64,000 nt of DNA from Hemiscyllium ocellatum (Eukaryota). The DNA is taken from assembly GCF_020745735.1 (NCBI RefSeq), contig NC_083450.1:4667479-4731478 (forward strand), in the 5' to 3' direction. The notes beneath the pieces were generated by a model. The model saw only the letters and a program-made list of their open reading frames with translations, searched no databases and was not told the DNA's origin. The position numbers and the translations under genes were made by a program. Below, in pieces: positions 1 through 12,379 of this stretch; positions within the stretch are counted from its first letter, which is position 1; every line of letters begins with the position of its first letter.

Positions 1-8
1 CTCTTTCA

Positions 9-45
<37 letters not shown>

Positions 46-837
46 CCCTGTGAAATTGTGGAGTGCGATGAATGCTAGGGCACTGTGTAACTTTGGTGAG
101 GACATATATTTTAGCTAAGATTTAATTAATGGGAGTATGCAGAGCGGGCAGGTAAATGGAGTTGGGACCAAGATGAAATCAACCATGACGGTATGATATG
201 GTGGAACATGCTGGAGCATCTGAATGGTCTCCTCTTGCTTCTAGACCTTATGATCTTATGAGGTTCCCTCCAGACACCAGACAACCTTGCAAAACTTGCA
301 CAACCCCAACAGAAATTGCTGGGTTTGGACGGTGGGCAACCATGCGTTCCCAAAGCACGAGCCCCCTAAACTTTATTTAGACCTTTCTGAGCGCAGATGA
401 CAGTGCAGCATCGGAACGGCCCGTCCTTCCTTTCAGAGAGAATAAAATGAGTATTGCAAACTCCAACTCCCCATCCCCGTTAACGAGACAAGGAAGGTGT
501 AGTTGAGGATGGGTCAGATCAGCCATTAGCTAGTTGAATGGTCGAGCAGACTGGATCCAGCAGTACAAAGACCTACTCGACTGCTATTGGGATAATTGTT
601 CGATCAACTCAGAATCAATGCTGAGACAGCATGAATGATAGATTGGTGGAAAAAGGAAATGATGAAATGAAGCGTTGAGGTCAGTCTTGGAGCAGAACAA
701 TTGAGTTTTACCCTGTGTCAAGAAGCTGCAGAGAAAACGGGAAGCAATCTCTGGACAGTGAAACCCTGCACTGACTGTGACCTATGTCTTCTTTCTGCAT
801 GGGGATTGTGAAATGGTAGAACTCGCTGGCCGACATT

Positions 838-1637
838 CTAGAACATAGAACATAGAACAATACAGCACAGAACAGGCCCTTCGGCCCACGATGTTGTGCC
901 GAACATCTATCCTAGATTAAGCACCCATCCATGTATCTATCCAATTGCCGCTTAAAGGTCGTCAATGATTCTGACTCTACCACTGCCACGGGCAGCGCAT
1001 TCCATGCCCCCACCACTCTCTGGGTAAAGAACCCACCCCTGACATCTCCCCAATACCTTCCACCCTTCACCTTAAATTTATGTCCCCTTGTAATACTCTG
1101 TTGTACCCAGGGAAAAAGTTTCTGATTGTCTACTCTATCTATTCCCCTGATCATCTTATAAACCTCTATCAAGTCACCCCTCATCCTTCACCGTTCCAAC
1201 GAGAAAAGGCCGAGAACTCTCAACCTGTCCTCGTACGACCTATTCTCCATTCCAGGCAACATCCTGGTAAATCTTCTCTGCACCTTCTCCAAAGCTTCCA
1301 CATCTTTCCTAAAGTGAGGCGACCAGAACTGCACACAGTACTCCAAATGTGACCTAACCAAAGTCCTGTACAGCTGCAACATCACTTCACGACTCTTGAA
1401 TTCAATCCCTCTGCTAATGAACGCTAATACACCATAGGCCTTCTTACAAGCTCTATCCACCTGAGTGGCAACTTTCAAAGATCTATGTACATAGACCCCA
1501 AGATCCCTCTGTTCCTCCACCTGACTAAGAACTCTACCGTTAACCCTGTATTCCGCATTCTTATTTGTTCTTCCAAAATGGACAACCTCACACTTGGCAG
1601 GGTTGAACTCCATCTGCCACTCCTCAGCCCAGCTCTG
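838..1637 (-). mobile_element. CR1/HER1-type LINE, 5'-truncated 3' end (RT C-terminus + 3' UTR + tail)
   Basis: ORFs 1188-1613 and 912-1184 are in the same frame, separated by one stop (FNPAKCEVVHFG...EQRDLGV...HLEYCVQFWSP...RGDLIEVYKM). Tail is a (TTCTATG)n-type repeat, seen on + as GAACATAGAACATAGAAC. Confidence 0.95.
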
Positions 1638-2105
1638 ACCAACTTAAGCCAGGGCTAGGGGCTTCAGAGCATCTGCACCTCTCTGCTGTCGCTGACAGGG
1701 CTATCTGTGTATGTCCAACACTGAAACCAAGTGCAACAAGATAGTTTGTCACTCATGGTGAGGTGGAGGGGGTGTGCCCAGTGTGAGGTGAGGGATTCGA
1801 TTCAGAATTCTTGCTCTATTCGTTTTGGTGAATATTGCCTGCACGAATTTTAAAGAAAGTAGACTGAGTGGAAAAATCACAGGAGTGCAGAGAGTTTCCT
1901 GTTGATAGATTCGGAGCCTCGGATCGGCATTCGCTGCAGGACAGATAGATACTCAACCCTTCCGCTGGCAGATGCTAAGACCGATATATATTATATAAAA
2001 AGATATATCCTCAACCCAACTGCTGGGTGACCCAGTAACTGATATACTGTATATCCCTTTCCCTGTCCCTGAGTGTAGCTGCGACATATGTAAAGCATTA
2101 CCTCT

Positions 2106-2121
2106 GCCGCTAGGTGGCGCC
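2106..2121 (+). promoter_or_regulatory. CTCF-like binding motif
   Basis: GCCGCTAGGTGGCGCC matches the vertebrate CTCF core consensus CC(A/G)(C/G)(C/T)AG(A/G)(G/T)GGC(A/G)(C/G) and lies in apparently unique DNA. Confidence 0.55.
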
Positions 2122-2959
2122 AAAATGGTGCACCTGAATATGTTCATGGGTGACACTGTGGCTGACGATTTTATTGCCCCATGGTCATCAGTTTCCTTCC
2201 AATCTTAACTTCAGTCATCGAAGCAATTGTTTGTCAGCGGTTCCATTCCTCTTGCAAATTTGTCACATGTCTGGAAATATTTCTTTCCTCTCTTTCCAAT
2301 TTTTGTATATAAGCTTCAGGAACAAGGTCATAGAGCCAATCAGTCATAGCGTTGAGCAAGACAGAAGCAGACCATTTATCCAAGTCGTCGATGCAGACCA
2401 GATATGACCAGATCCAATCTATTTGCCAGTATTTGGCCCATATTTGTCTAAACCCTTCCTATCCATGCACCCTTTCAAATGCCTTTTCAGTGTTGTAACC
2501 GTACCTGTCTTCATCACTTCCTCTGGTGGCTCATTTCACCACCCTCTCAACGTGAACATCAGCTCTCTAGTTTTGGACGCTCTACACTACGGAAAAAGCT
2601 TTGGTTATACATCTTGTCCAGGCCCCTCATGATTTTATCAGCCTCCATGGGCCACCCCTCAGTCTCACCTAATTGAAGATGCACTTTCTGTAATCCGAAA
2701 GGTTGCAATAACAGAATATTTATAATCGAAGTTTAAATTGTTTCTGGTATGATTTTGGAAGTGTGTTCTCTACATTTAGAGACAGAATGCTGTTCTGAAC
2801 TAAGAGCATGCAAGCACTCATGTTTCTGACTAGATGGACATCTCAGAGAGTACTGGAAAATTGAGAAAATGTAACATTTGACTGCAAAGTAGATACCTGA
2901 GTTTCGGTTGCTTTTTTGACAACAATTTGAATTTAGCCAATCAGTTTAAATTATGCGAG

Positions 2960-4115
2960 GAGAAAGTGAGGTCTGCAGATGCTGGAGGTCAGAGCTGAAA
3001 ATGTGTTGCTGGAAAAGTGCAACAGGTCAGGCAGCATCCAAGGAACAGGAAATTTGACGTTTCAGGCATAAGCCCTTCATCAGGAATGAGGAAAGTGTGT
3101 CCAGCAGGCTAAGATAAATGGTAGGGAGGAGGGACTTGGGGAGGGGTGATGGAGATGTGATAGGTGGAAGGAGGTCAAGGTGAGGGTGATAGGCCAGAGT
3201 GGGGTGGGGGCGGAGAGGTCAGAAAGAAGATTGCAGGTTAGGAAGGCAGTGCTGAGTTCGAGGGATTCGACTGAGACAAGGTGGGGGAGGGGAAATGAGG
3301 AAACTGGAGAAATCTGAGTTCATCCCTCGTGGTTGGAGGGTTCCCAGGCGGAAGATGAGGCGCTCTTCCTCCAACCACTGTGTTGTTATGGTCTGGCGAT
3401 GGAGGAGGCCAAGGACCTGCATGTCCTTGGTGGAGTGGGAGGGGGGAGTTAAAGTGTTGAGCCACGGGGTGGTTGGGTTGGTTGGTCCGGATGTCCCAGA
3501 GGTGTTCTCTGAAACGTTCCGCAAGTAGGCGGCCTGTCTCCCCAATATAGAGGAGGCCACATTGGGTGCAGTGGATGCAATAGATGATGTGTGTGGAGGT
3601 GCAGGTGAATTTGTGGCGGATATGGAAGGATCCCTTGGGGCCTTGGAGAGAAGTAAGGGAGGAGGTGTGGGCGCAAGTTTTGCATTTCTTGCGGTTGCAG
3701 GGGAAGGTGCCGGGAATGGAGGTTGGGTTGGCGGTGGGTGTGGACCTGACGAGGGAGGGAGTGGTCTTTTCGGAACGCTGATAGGGGAGGGGAGGGAAAT
3801 ATATCCCTGGTGGTGGCAGAAATGACGGCGGATGATACGCTATATATGGAGGTTGGTGGGGTGGTGGGTGAGAACCAGTGGGGTTCCGTCCTGGTGGCAG
3901 TTGAAGGGGCGGGGCTCAAGGGCGGAGGAGCGGGAAGTGGAGGAGATGCGGTGGAGGAGCAGGAAGAGGAGGAGATGTGGTGGAGGAGCGGGAAGTGGAG
4001 GATATGCGGTGGAGTAGCGGGAAGTGGAGGAGATGCGGTGGAGGACCAGGAAGTGGAGGAGATGTGGTGGAGGAGCGGGAAGTGGAGGAGATGCGGTGGA
4101 GGAGATGCGGTGGAG
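2960..4115 (-). mobile_element. Penelope-like element 3' portion with GIY-YIG endonuclease remnant and terminal repeat
   Basis: Frameshifted minus-strand frames reconstruct IYCIHC..CGLLYIGET...RFxEH...V..HFN...H...DM.VLGL...EE.LIF.LGTL.P.GMN. Terminal segment at 2960-3090 carries CTGATGA...GAAACGTC. A ~30-bp tandem expansion lies at ~3920-4110. Confidence 0.9.
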
Positions 4116-5214
4116 TGCCCTAAGAAATTAGGAAACACTCTCTACCAAAGATACCTTTTCATACTAGCAGTAAAAAGAAAAAAGATGACATAGGGAGATC
4201 CGCAGCCAGATGTGCAAAGGCACAAAATAAGACAGTGATGGTGTAGTTTTGAAATTAAGTTGATATACTTTTAATAATTCTTATTGGAACAGCATATTGT
4301 TAAAGAATTGGAGGCAGATAATAAGCAGTTAAGAGAAAGTGGGGCTGAGAGTTGCGAATAGTTGTTGTTTAATTCCCACCTTTAGACTTAAAAATATTGA
4401 TGTTATTTTCTTTAAATAGTGGTATCTGGGATTTTGCTGTTACTCATATTTTAACAGGTTATGAGGCAAGGTGAATTTTTCTGGTAATTTGATTTAATTA
4501 ACAGAGGGATGCAACTCCGTGCCATTATATATCCTGGGTTGGGCTAAATACTAATGGATAAATATTCTAGAAGCCCAAACAAATGTTCTTGAGTAATTTA
4601 TTTTAATCTCACTTAGTCAGATGATGTAATTTGCGTTGACCAACAATAAAAAAGAAGCTGGTCTGATAACAACCGCGTGCCCATTGTTCTTCACTATAAA
4701 AATACAAATGCTTTAGATATAGTCTTCAGGTAAAAGAAATCTTTGCATGGCCTGGTCGACACGTGATTTCAAACATGCCTTAATATTGCTGACTCAGCAA
4801 CATTCTGAGCAAGTAGTGACAGGTCATAAATGCCAGGGTCACCCAAATGCAATGAATTTTGAAACAAAAATGTGTATATTATCCTTCTGTCAAACATGTT
4901 TACACCATCGTTACTGCATCAACTAAAATGCTCTAACGTTAAGGTCCAAACAGCTTTTGGTCACTTTATCAACAGGACCACCTGTTTCTTAATTCTTTCT
5001 TTAATTCGGCTGGAAACAGTTGAGGGCCACAGTGAAACATCATTGAAAACGCAGCGAGTGTCAGGAAATGGATATTTGCACTCCTTCGGTTATCACACCA
5101 CCAATCCCCTCATCCTGTGCACATTTTGCCCCAACTTAACTACCCTTTTTGGTATAGAAAACTCTGTGGAGATGATTATTAACTAGGTGTGATAATGATG
5201 GAACCTGATGCTTC

Positions 5215-5720
5215 ATTGCTTTTTAAAAAATTCGTTTGTGGGATATAGGCATCGCTGGCTGGCCAGCATTTATTGCCTGCCCAATGGTTGCCTTTGAAAA
5301 GGTGGTGTTCAGCTGCCTTATAGAACAGTTGTTGTCCACTTGCTGCAGGTTGATCCACAATGCCATTAGGGAGGGAATTCCAGGAATTTTGCCCAGTGAC
5401 AGTGAAGCAACGGCGATAAACGTCCAAGTCAGGATAGTGAGTGGCTTGGAGGGGAACCTGAAGGTGGTGGTGTTCCCATTGTCCTTCTAGATGAAAGTGG
5501 CCGTGGGTTTGGCAGGTGCTAGCTGAGAATCTTTGGTGAATTTCTGCATTGCGTCTTGCAGACAGTACACACAGCTGCTACTAAGTACTGATGGTGGAGG
5601 GGGTGAATAGTTGTGGATGTAATGTCAATCAAGTGGGCTGCTTTGCCCTGGATGGTGTCAACTTCTTGAGTTATGTTGGAGCTGCACCCATCCAGGGCAT
5701 TTTGGGAGTATTCCATAACA
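5215..5720 (-). mobile_element. LINE 3' end of a second (L2/CR1-group) family
   Basis: ORF 5519-5716 (MEYS...DTIQGKAAHLI...IHPLHH...VAAVCT..K..C.NSP) resembles an RT C-terminal region. The same 3' UTR recurs near 17250-17500, 18300-18540, 29420-29660 and 41780-42020. Confidence 0.7.
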
Positions 5721-6199
5721 CCCCCGACTTATGCCAGCAAATATTTAACGTAGTTGATGGCAAGGTGTTAATTCAGGATATACTTGTCAGGTGTATGAAC
5801 AAACTAGAATTAAACAGCATGAACCATCCATTATTTATTATTAACACAAATGAATTTCCATGTACGTATGTCGGTTTACCATTTGGTAAACTGTTCTCTT
5901 CCACAGCGTTGTGCATATAAAGGCTTAGCTGATAATGGGGTTGAAGGGGTTTGCTGTTTCCTTCATGATATTGAATGCAACAAAAAGATAGAGAGACTGG
6001 TTGCTGATTTGCAAAATACTTCCACCTTTCCTTTGGTACATCCTAGCCCATTTGAGGTACCACATCAGAACTCCCTCCAGTTAACAGTGCTCTCACCAGA
6101 TTTCACAACACAGATTTGTGACCAGGACGCTCAAACACCCCTGCACTACCTGTATGAACTCCCTGGCTGTCAACAATTCCCTTTCCAACAAATAGATTG

Positions 6200-6410
6200 T
6201 GATGTGGTCGCAGATTTTCTGAACAAGGTATCCGTGTAACATTCAATCTTGTGGATGTGCACGAGTACAGCTGCCGCTTGAGCTGGGAACCTGGGAGCTC
6301 ATGTCGTCACTTCCGAGAGGCACTTCTTGCACATGTGATCATCTAGGACACTGGCAGCATGTATGAAATTTCCTATGTTACCGGTCACACATTTTTACAA
6401 TTGACTGAGC
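6200..6410 (-). mobile_element. CR1 ORF1 N-terminal remnant
   Basis: Minus strand reads V-L-D-D-H-M-C-K-K-C-L, matching the Cys-rich DDHxCxKC motif of CR1 ORF1. Confidence 0.5.
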
Positions 6411-7015
6411 TGTGCGGCCACGGCTTGAATTTATTTCTCATTTGTAAACATCTCTCTGCGTTGGATTAAGATATCATTTGGTTCAGATTTCTGCTTAATC
6501 TTCATGTTTCACAGTTCTACCCAACTTTTATAATAATATTATTTTATATTTTACGGCAAAGTCTGGACAATCCCAAAACCCACTTATTAAGAACAGACAA
6601 AGTTACAGATTTGCTTTGATGTCCCTATTTGTACTTTGTATTCTGCTTTCAAATCAGCATTAACCATTTAGGAGCAGACAACAGCTTTTCCTCTCAGTTT
6701 TCCATGAATATGATTCATGTCTAAGGCCAGATGTTTACAATGGCTTCCTGAGCTGTGCTCTCGAACGTCTGCAGTCTCTCGGATTCACGGGTAAATGACT
6801 TACTGCAGAATAGCTTCGGCATAATTCAGTAGACATATAATCTCCACATTAAGGGGAAAATGGAGCTGTCAATAAAATAGCATAACATGCAATGAAATGG
6901 GTAGTTACTCTGGACTTGTGGGTTTATTGAGATCTGCAGGGGCACTGTGTCAATTCAATGGCATCTAATTTTATTGATCTATTTACAGAATGGATCTATT
7001 TGTGAGCTCAGAAAC

Positions 7016-7956
7016 CTAGTGTAACACACTAGGTTCCTGTTGCATATTTTTGTTAAGTTTATTGATTAGCTGAATAGCTAACTGAACAGGCAATTGCATA
7101 ACATTCTTTAAGTTCTCCCTGAACTTGGCCTGAGTCACCCCATAAATAAATGTGTTTATGCAGCAACATGAGTTCCGTAGCATGAATCCAACTTGTCCGA
7201 AGGTGTACAAAGAGTCATTGTAATATCGGGGATTTATTCCTGCAATGCTGTAATATAAGAAATCTATAACATATGTGAACCACAGAAGAATGAAGCTCCC
7301 TGATATGGTGAAGAGTAATATCACAGACTTCCTTCTGCTTTCCATCTCTGTGTCACTATGCTTTTCTCTCTCAGTCTGACCCTTCAGCCTCTTACGGATT
7401 TGGCTAGCCACGAGAATATGTCGGACTGTCAGGGCATTGAATAAGAGAATTAAAGTAAACGGTAGCAATGGCGTTAAAATCTTATCAAACCAGTCAAACC
7501 CCACCCAAGCCGGAACAATGTAATAGCTTGGCTTTTTATAACAGAGCCACGGCACGTTATTAATTATCTCCCCAGGTTCCTTTGTGAAATAGAATGGAAC
7601 ATTTTTCAAAGACAGCAGAATGGAAGTTGTTGTTAAAACTGCAGCTGCTGTTCTCTCGTTGCAATATTTTGCTTTCAGTGTCTGGCAGCAAATTGCGACA
7701 TATCGATCAAAGGAGAAAGTGATGGTGAACCAAACGGAACAGTCCATTGCTGAATGAGTAAAGGCATAGAGGAGGCTACACACAGGTGTAATATCCAGAA
7801 AAGATCCCGGGAAGTAATAATAACTGATCCGATACAGGACAACATCAATGATAATAAACATTAGGTCTGCTATGGACATGGCTATCATGTAGCGGATGGT
7901 GCAGGTAGATAGACCACACTTCCACCGTGCTAGGATCACAATTGCAACTAAGTTCA
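7016..7956 (-). CDS. Class A GPCR, GPR139/GPR142-like; coding exon 2 (rest of TM1 to C-terminus)
   Basis: Open frame with SIADL (TM2), FSFDRYVAICC (DRY), LLPFTLILLFN (TM5), FILLW (TM6) and NTFIY (NPxxY equivalent). Acceptor TTCCTCTTACAG at 7957-7968 (minus), phase 1. TAG at 7016-7018. AATAAA on minus at 6970-6975 and 6923-6928. Confidence 0.93.
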
Positions 7957-8073
7957 CTGTAAGAGGAAGAAGGGAAAATTAACTTGAAACTACTGACAAA
8001 AAAATCCTCATATCAAACACAAAGGAGGTAGAATAGCAAGATGGCCACAAATTGATCCAGCACTGTCACTTAC

Positions 8074-8140
8074 CAGGGACACCAATGATAGCAAGGATCA
8101 TGTAGAATATTCTCTTACATCTGTAGATTAATTCACGCAT
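8074..8140 (-). CDS. GPR139-like GPCR coding exon 1 (MRELIYRCKRIFYMILAIIGVP)
   Basis: ATG at 8140-8138, 67 nt (22 codons + 1), donor G|GTAAGT at 8073. A 117-nt intron joins it in frame to exon 2, giving a 335-aa protein. Confidence 0.9.
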
Positions 8141-8559
8141 TTTATACTTCGAATGATTTGTCCTTGCCTAGTGGAGACAATCTCTCAAAATTAACCTGTG
8201 AGGTGATACATTAATGGTGCATTTAATATGTACCCATGCTAAGTCCCCAGAGAGTCAGAAATTGCAACTTTGTTGGAGTAAGGTGTTTTTAATTGTAACC
8301 AACAGGCTGCAACATGCCTTAGTTTCTGTTAGTGCTGGAATATGCTCATAACAAAAAAAATTGGCAATATTCCACAGCCTAGGAAATTTGGATCAACGTA
8401 ATTAAATAATTAAATTTCATGGTGCCTTATTCCAACAATAACAATATTCACTCAAATTCAGGCAGAAAGAATAAAGAAGAGACACATTATGAAAATTATA
8501 GAAAGTTGTTGAGTTTCGAGATGCAGAGTGACCTTGGTGTCCTAGTGTAGCAACTGCAG

Positions 8560-9640
8560 AATGTCGGTCAGCGGGTGCAGTAAGTAATTATGAAATCCAA
8601 AGCAATGTCTTATTTTAGTGTGAGAGAGATTGAGTGCCAGAGTATTGAGGTTATTTTTCATTTATAGTAGGAATGAGTAAGACCACATCTGGAGTACAAT
8701 GCATAGTACTGGTCACTGTACTTACAGAAATATGTTATTGTGTTGGAAGCATTTCACAGAGGTATTCCAAGAACAGTATCTTAAATGTTTGAATTACCTC
8801 AGAGGAAAGGTGAGACAGACAAAACCTATAACCTGGAGTTTAGAACAATCACAGGTGACTTAATTGAAACCGAGTGCCCAGACCAGATAGATGTGGAAAG
8901 AACATCGTTATGGGCCAGGTTAGATACCGTCAAAACGTTTCAAGAAGGTAGCCCAGACCCTAACTTTAACTTTTCAAGTCGTTTTGAGCAGGGGTACGTT
9001 GGATATTGCAGAAGTGATGCAGCTGGTCAAAACCTATCAGTTTTTAACAAAATGGAATTTATTTACAGAGCCCCGAATGAAACACAAACAAAAGAGTACA
9101 GAATACAGAATAAATTAGCATATCAGAAAACCCAAAAGACTATCACTGCTTAATGATACTGTTCCAACTACTTTCAGCATCTCCATAAACACTCCCTTGG
9201 CAAAAAGTGGTAAAATCAAACACAGATTCTTAGAGGAGAGATGTCAAGGAGAGAAAGGACGAGCATGGAACGGTTTTGTTGACCAGCAGCTTAAAAAAAA
9301 ACGGACTGCTTGCTCAAACCAAACCAAATCAAACCATACCAGAGAAAAGCTGAGTTGGGATAACTGGTCACTCCCCTTTCATTGCACAAGGGGTGTTTTT
9401 TTTTTCTAACTTGAAAGCCTTTTTTCCTGAGACAGTATCTGTTAGCTACAATCAATTTGGCCCTAAAACGCGGACACCAGAAACATCAGAACCTATGCGT
9501 CTATGACCCCTCTGAAAAAAAATCCAAGGGCAATCTCAACTTGTTAAAGAAGCAACATCTTCATAACATTTTCTCCTTGTAGAGAATCTTGAATTGGGTA
9601 ATTAGTTTAAAAATAAGGGGTCAAACATTTCAAACGTGAT
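8560..9640 (+). mobile_element. Degenerate CR1 3' fragment split by a solo LTR
   Basis: Decayed ...HLEY...YW...GDLIET... sequence at 8560-8905 resumes at ~9570 after the LTR. Confidence 0.65.
8906..9568 (-). mobile_element. Solo LTR (gypsy/Gmr1-type family)
   Basis: Homologous along its length to 14959-15553 and, in reverse, to 37256-37822. Termini on the minus strand are TGTTATG...CATAACG (TG...CA with one substitution). Confidence 0.7.
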
Positions 9641-10359
9641 AAGGCCATGACAGAGAACAATGAGAGAGGGAAGAAACAATTTATAATTAAAGATGGAGAG
9701 AGATGGATATACATCCCCACACCTCTAGAGAAAAGTAATAATATCTCTGAGTAGTTTGATTAGAAATATCTCTGGTAGAAAAAACTCTCCATTCAAACGA
9801 GTTCCAAAGTATATAAAGGCACGGCAAGACTTTAAAGAAGCATCGTTTGAATTCATGCTAATCAAATGTTTCTTACTGACTTCTGAATGGGAGGAAACAC
9901 AGGACATGTCCTTTCAGGCGTCAAATATTGACTCAGTTGATGAATCTTGCTTCTCTGTCCCATCAGAATGTCAGGTTTGCAGCGAAGGCCAAGAGTCTGT
10001 GGAAGTAAACAGAAAGCATTCTCATTACAGAAACATAAGGATATTATTTGGCAGCACAAACTTTGGTCCCGATTTCCCAGTCAATTCCATTACAGTCAGC
10101 GTTATCTCTGTGCACAAGCAAAGGCGTAAAGCCTCTTATGATGCAGTGGAAACGTTCCTATCTCTAAGTTGGGAAACTTGGATTCCTCTCCAGTACCAGG
10201 ACTGACTAGAAATTATCCAGAGGGGGCTTTTTATTCGTTATATGTTACGCAGTGTTGTGCCTGTCCTGGAAGTGCCTGATGAGAACAGTGTACTAGAAAA
10301 TTTCTTTCAGCTTAAGGAAGAGGATGTTTTACTCTCCGCTTAATAGGATAGAAGGAAAT

Positions 10360-10680
10360 GCATTCTGTATTCAACCAGTGTTGTCCCTGTCTGGGAGTAT
10401 TTGATGGGGACAGTGTCATGGGAGATTTGCTTTCAGACGAAAGGAGTATCACCATCTAAACTTGTACTGTTTATGTCCTGGGAGCGTTTGAAGAGGACAA
10501 AGTAGACAGAGGTTTTCACTGTAGGTAACCGATGTTTTTCCTGATACTGGGAATGTTTGATGGGAATAGTGTGTAGAGAACTTTGTTTTCAGTTTAAAAG
10601 AATAGAGAGATCTTTCGAACGTGTCTAACACGATGCTGTACTGTCCTGGGTGTTTTTGATGGGGACAGCTTTACTTGCTG
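10360..10680 (-). repeat. Degenerate ~65-bp tandem repeat (inverted relative to 11125-11915)
   Basis: Units such as CTGTCCCTGTCTGGGAGTATTTGATGGGACAGTGT are the reverse complement of the 11-kb array units. Confidence 0.6.
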
Positions 10681-10850
10681 TTTTAAAAGAGTAGAAGAAC
10701 TTTTAAGGGCTCTCATTGGGCAGTGGTACTGATCCTACCTCTGAACCAGAACGGCAGGGTTCATTTCTCAGCTGTTCCAGACGTGTATTGTAAAAATTTT
10801 GAACAGGTTGACTCGATCTCCAAGCAATCTAGACCTCTAGTTGAAACCCA

Positions 10851-10899
<49 letters not shown>

Positions 10900-11124
10900 T
10901 GCACACATGTGTACACACACACACACAAATACACACCCACACACAATGAGAATAGGGTGTTCACATTTCCACTCTCCTCGGCCTATAAAGCTGATGTCAC
11001 CTCTGAACATCATATCACTCTGCTAATGTTTAGTCCTTTGGTACAGTGCATGAAAGAGAGCAAGCTGCTTCTCTCTATTTAACCATACCAAATATTTTAA
11101 ACATCCTGTCTCCTTTGTCAGGAC

Positions 11125-11915
11125 GGGGACTTACATAAAGAGCAAAACCTCCTCTACTCTGTCCCTCTATCAAACATTCCCAAAATAGAGACAGCAAGGC
11201 GTTAAATACAGAGTGAAGCTACCTCTACACTGCCTTCATCAAATACTCACAGGTCAGGGGCAGCATGGACACAGAGTAAGTCCTGCTCTGCTTTTTTTTA
11301 AACTGAAAGGAAAGAGCTCCCTACTCTGTTAAACTGCAAGTAAAACTCCCTGGATACTGTCCACATCAAACAGTCCCAGAACAGGTACAACACGGGTAAG
11401 AAACAGAATAGGCTGAAAATGCGTTGCTGGAAAAGCGCCATCAGGTCAGGCAGCATCCAGGGAGCAGGAGAATCGACGTTTCGGGCATGAACCCTTCTTC
11501 AGGAATGCTCCTGCTCCTTGGATGCTGCCTGACCTGCTGCGTTTTTCCAGCAACACATTTTCAGCTCTGATCTCCAGCATCTGCAGTCCTCACTTTCTCC
11601 TAGAAGAAACAGAATAAAGCTCCTTCAACAGAGGGTAAATTCCCTTTGTCTCTATCAGATACTACCAGGAGAGATACAGCACGTAGTTAGATACAAAAAT
11701 GAAGGTCCCTCTACACTGCCCCTCATCAAACGCTCCCAGGATAGGGAAAGCATGGAGTTACACAGATAAGCTTCCCCTACAGTGCACGCCACTCATCAAA
11801 TACTCCTTAGGGCAGGGACAGCGCCGGGTTGGATACAGAGTAAAGCTGCCTCTGCACGGCCTCCCTTCCATCAAACACTCACAGAACAGGTATAGTTCTG
11901 GGTTCAATACAGAGG
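11125..11915 (+). repeat. Degenerate ~65-bp tandem repeat (ACAGAGTAAAGCTCCCTCTACACTGTCCCCATCAAACACTCCCAGGACAGGGACAGCA-type) interrupted by a Penelope end
   Basis: Recurrent TAAAGCT.CCTCTACACTG...ATCAAACACTC.CAG units. Confidence 0.75.
11410..11603. mobile_element. Penelope terminal repeat as a head-to-head inverted pair, with a hammerhead motif on the minus strand (11471-11505)
   Basis: GCTGAAAATG.GTTGCTGGAAAA...GGAGCAGGAG is mirrored by CTCCTGCTCC...TTCCAGCAACACATTTTCAGC. Minus strand reads CTGAAGA AGGG TTCATG CCC GAAA CGTC GATT. Confidence 0.85.
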
Positions 11916-12099
11916 AAAGCTCCCTCCTGATATTTTTTCGATGAACCTGTTTGTGGATATCGTTATACCGTGCTGGAGAGATGGTACTTGAACATTAACC
12001 TCCTGGCTCAGAGGTATAGAAGAATAATAGGCAATACTGCGACATCTATCCTTCAAATGTGACTGTTTGAACCACAGCACCAATCCATAGAATCATTAT

Positions 12100-12270
12100 G
12101 CAGGTTATGGTGGATTAGCCATGCTAAATTGCCCATAGTGTTCTGGGATGTAAAGGTTAGGTGCATTAATCGGGGTAAATGTGGAGGGATGGGTTTGGGT
12201 AGGATACTCTTTGGACATGTTGGGCTAAAGGGCCTGTTTCCACACTAGGGATTCGATGATTCTATGATTT
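12100..12270 (+). mobile_element. HE1-type SINE, 3' half
   Basis: GCCATGCTAAATTGCCCATAGTG...GGGCCTGTTTCCACACT matches the full copies in the window. Confidence 0.75.
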
Positions 12271-12379
12271 ATTGGTTATCCTTTAAATACCCAAGGGACT
12301 ATTAGGAGCGAACTTCCATCACTTTGCATCTGCAGACACATGTAGGCCCAGACTAAATAAGATTATTGCAGCTGTGTAT

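Noticed and set aside
4745-4790. tRNA-Trp-like T-arm fragment (ACACGTGATTTCAAACATGC)
   Set aside because: Only ~20 nt of similarity; no cloverleaf can be built.
5030-5060. CACAGTG heptamers (e.g. ~5036, ~14584 and within SINEs) as RSSs
   Set aside because: No ACAAAAACC-like nonamer at 12 or 23 bp, and no adjacent gene segment.
9756-10205. 149-aa plus-strand ORF
   Set aside because: No recognisable domain, no convincing splice context, and composition typical of non-coding DNA.
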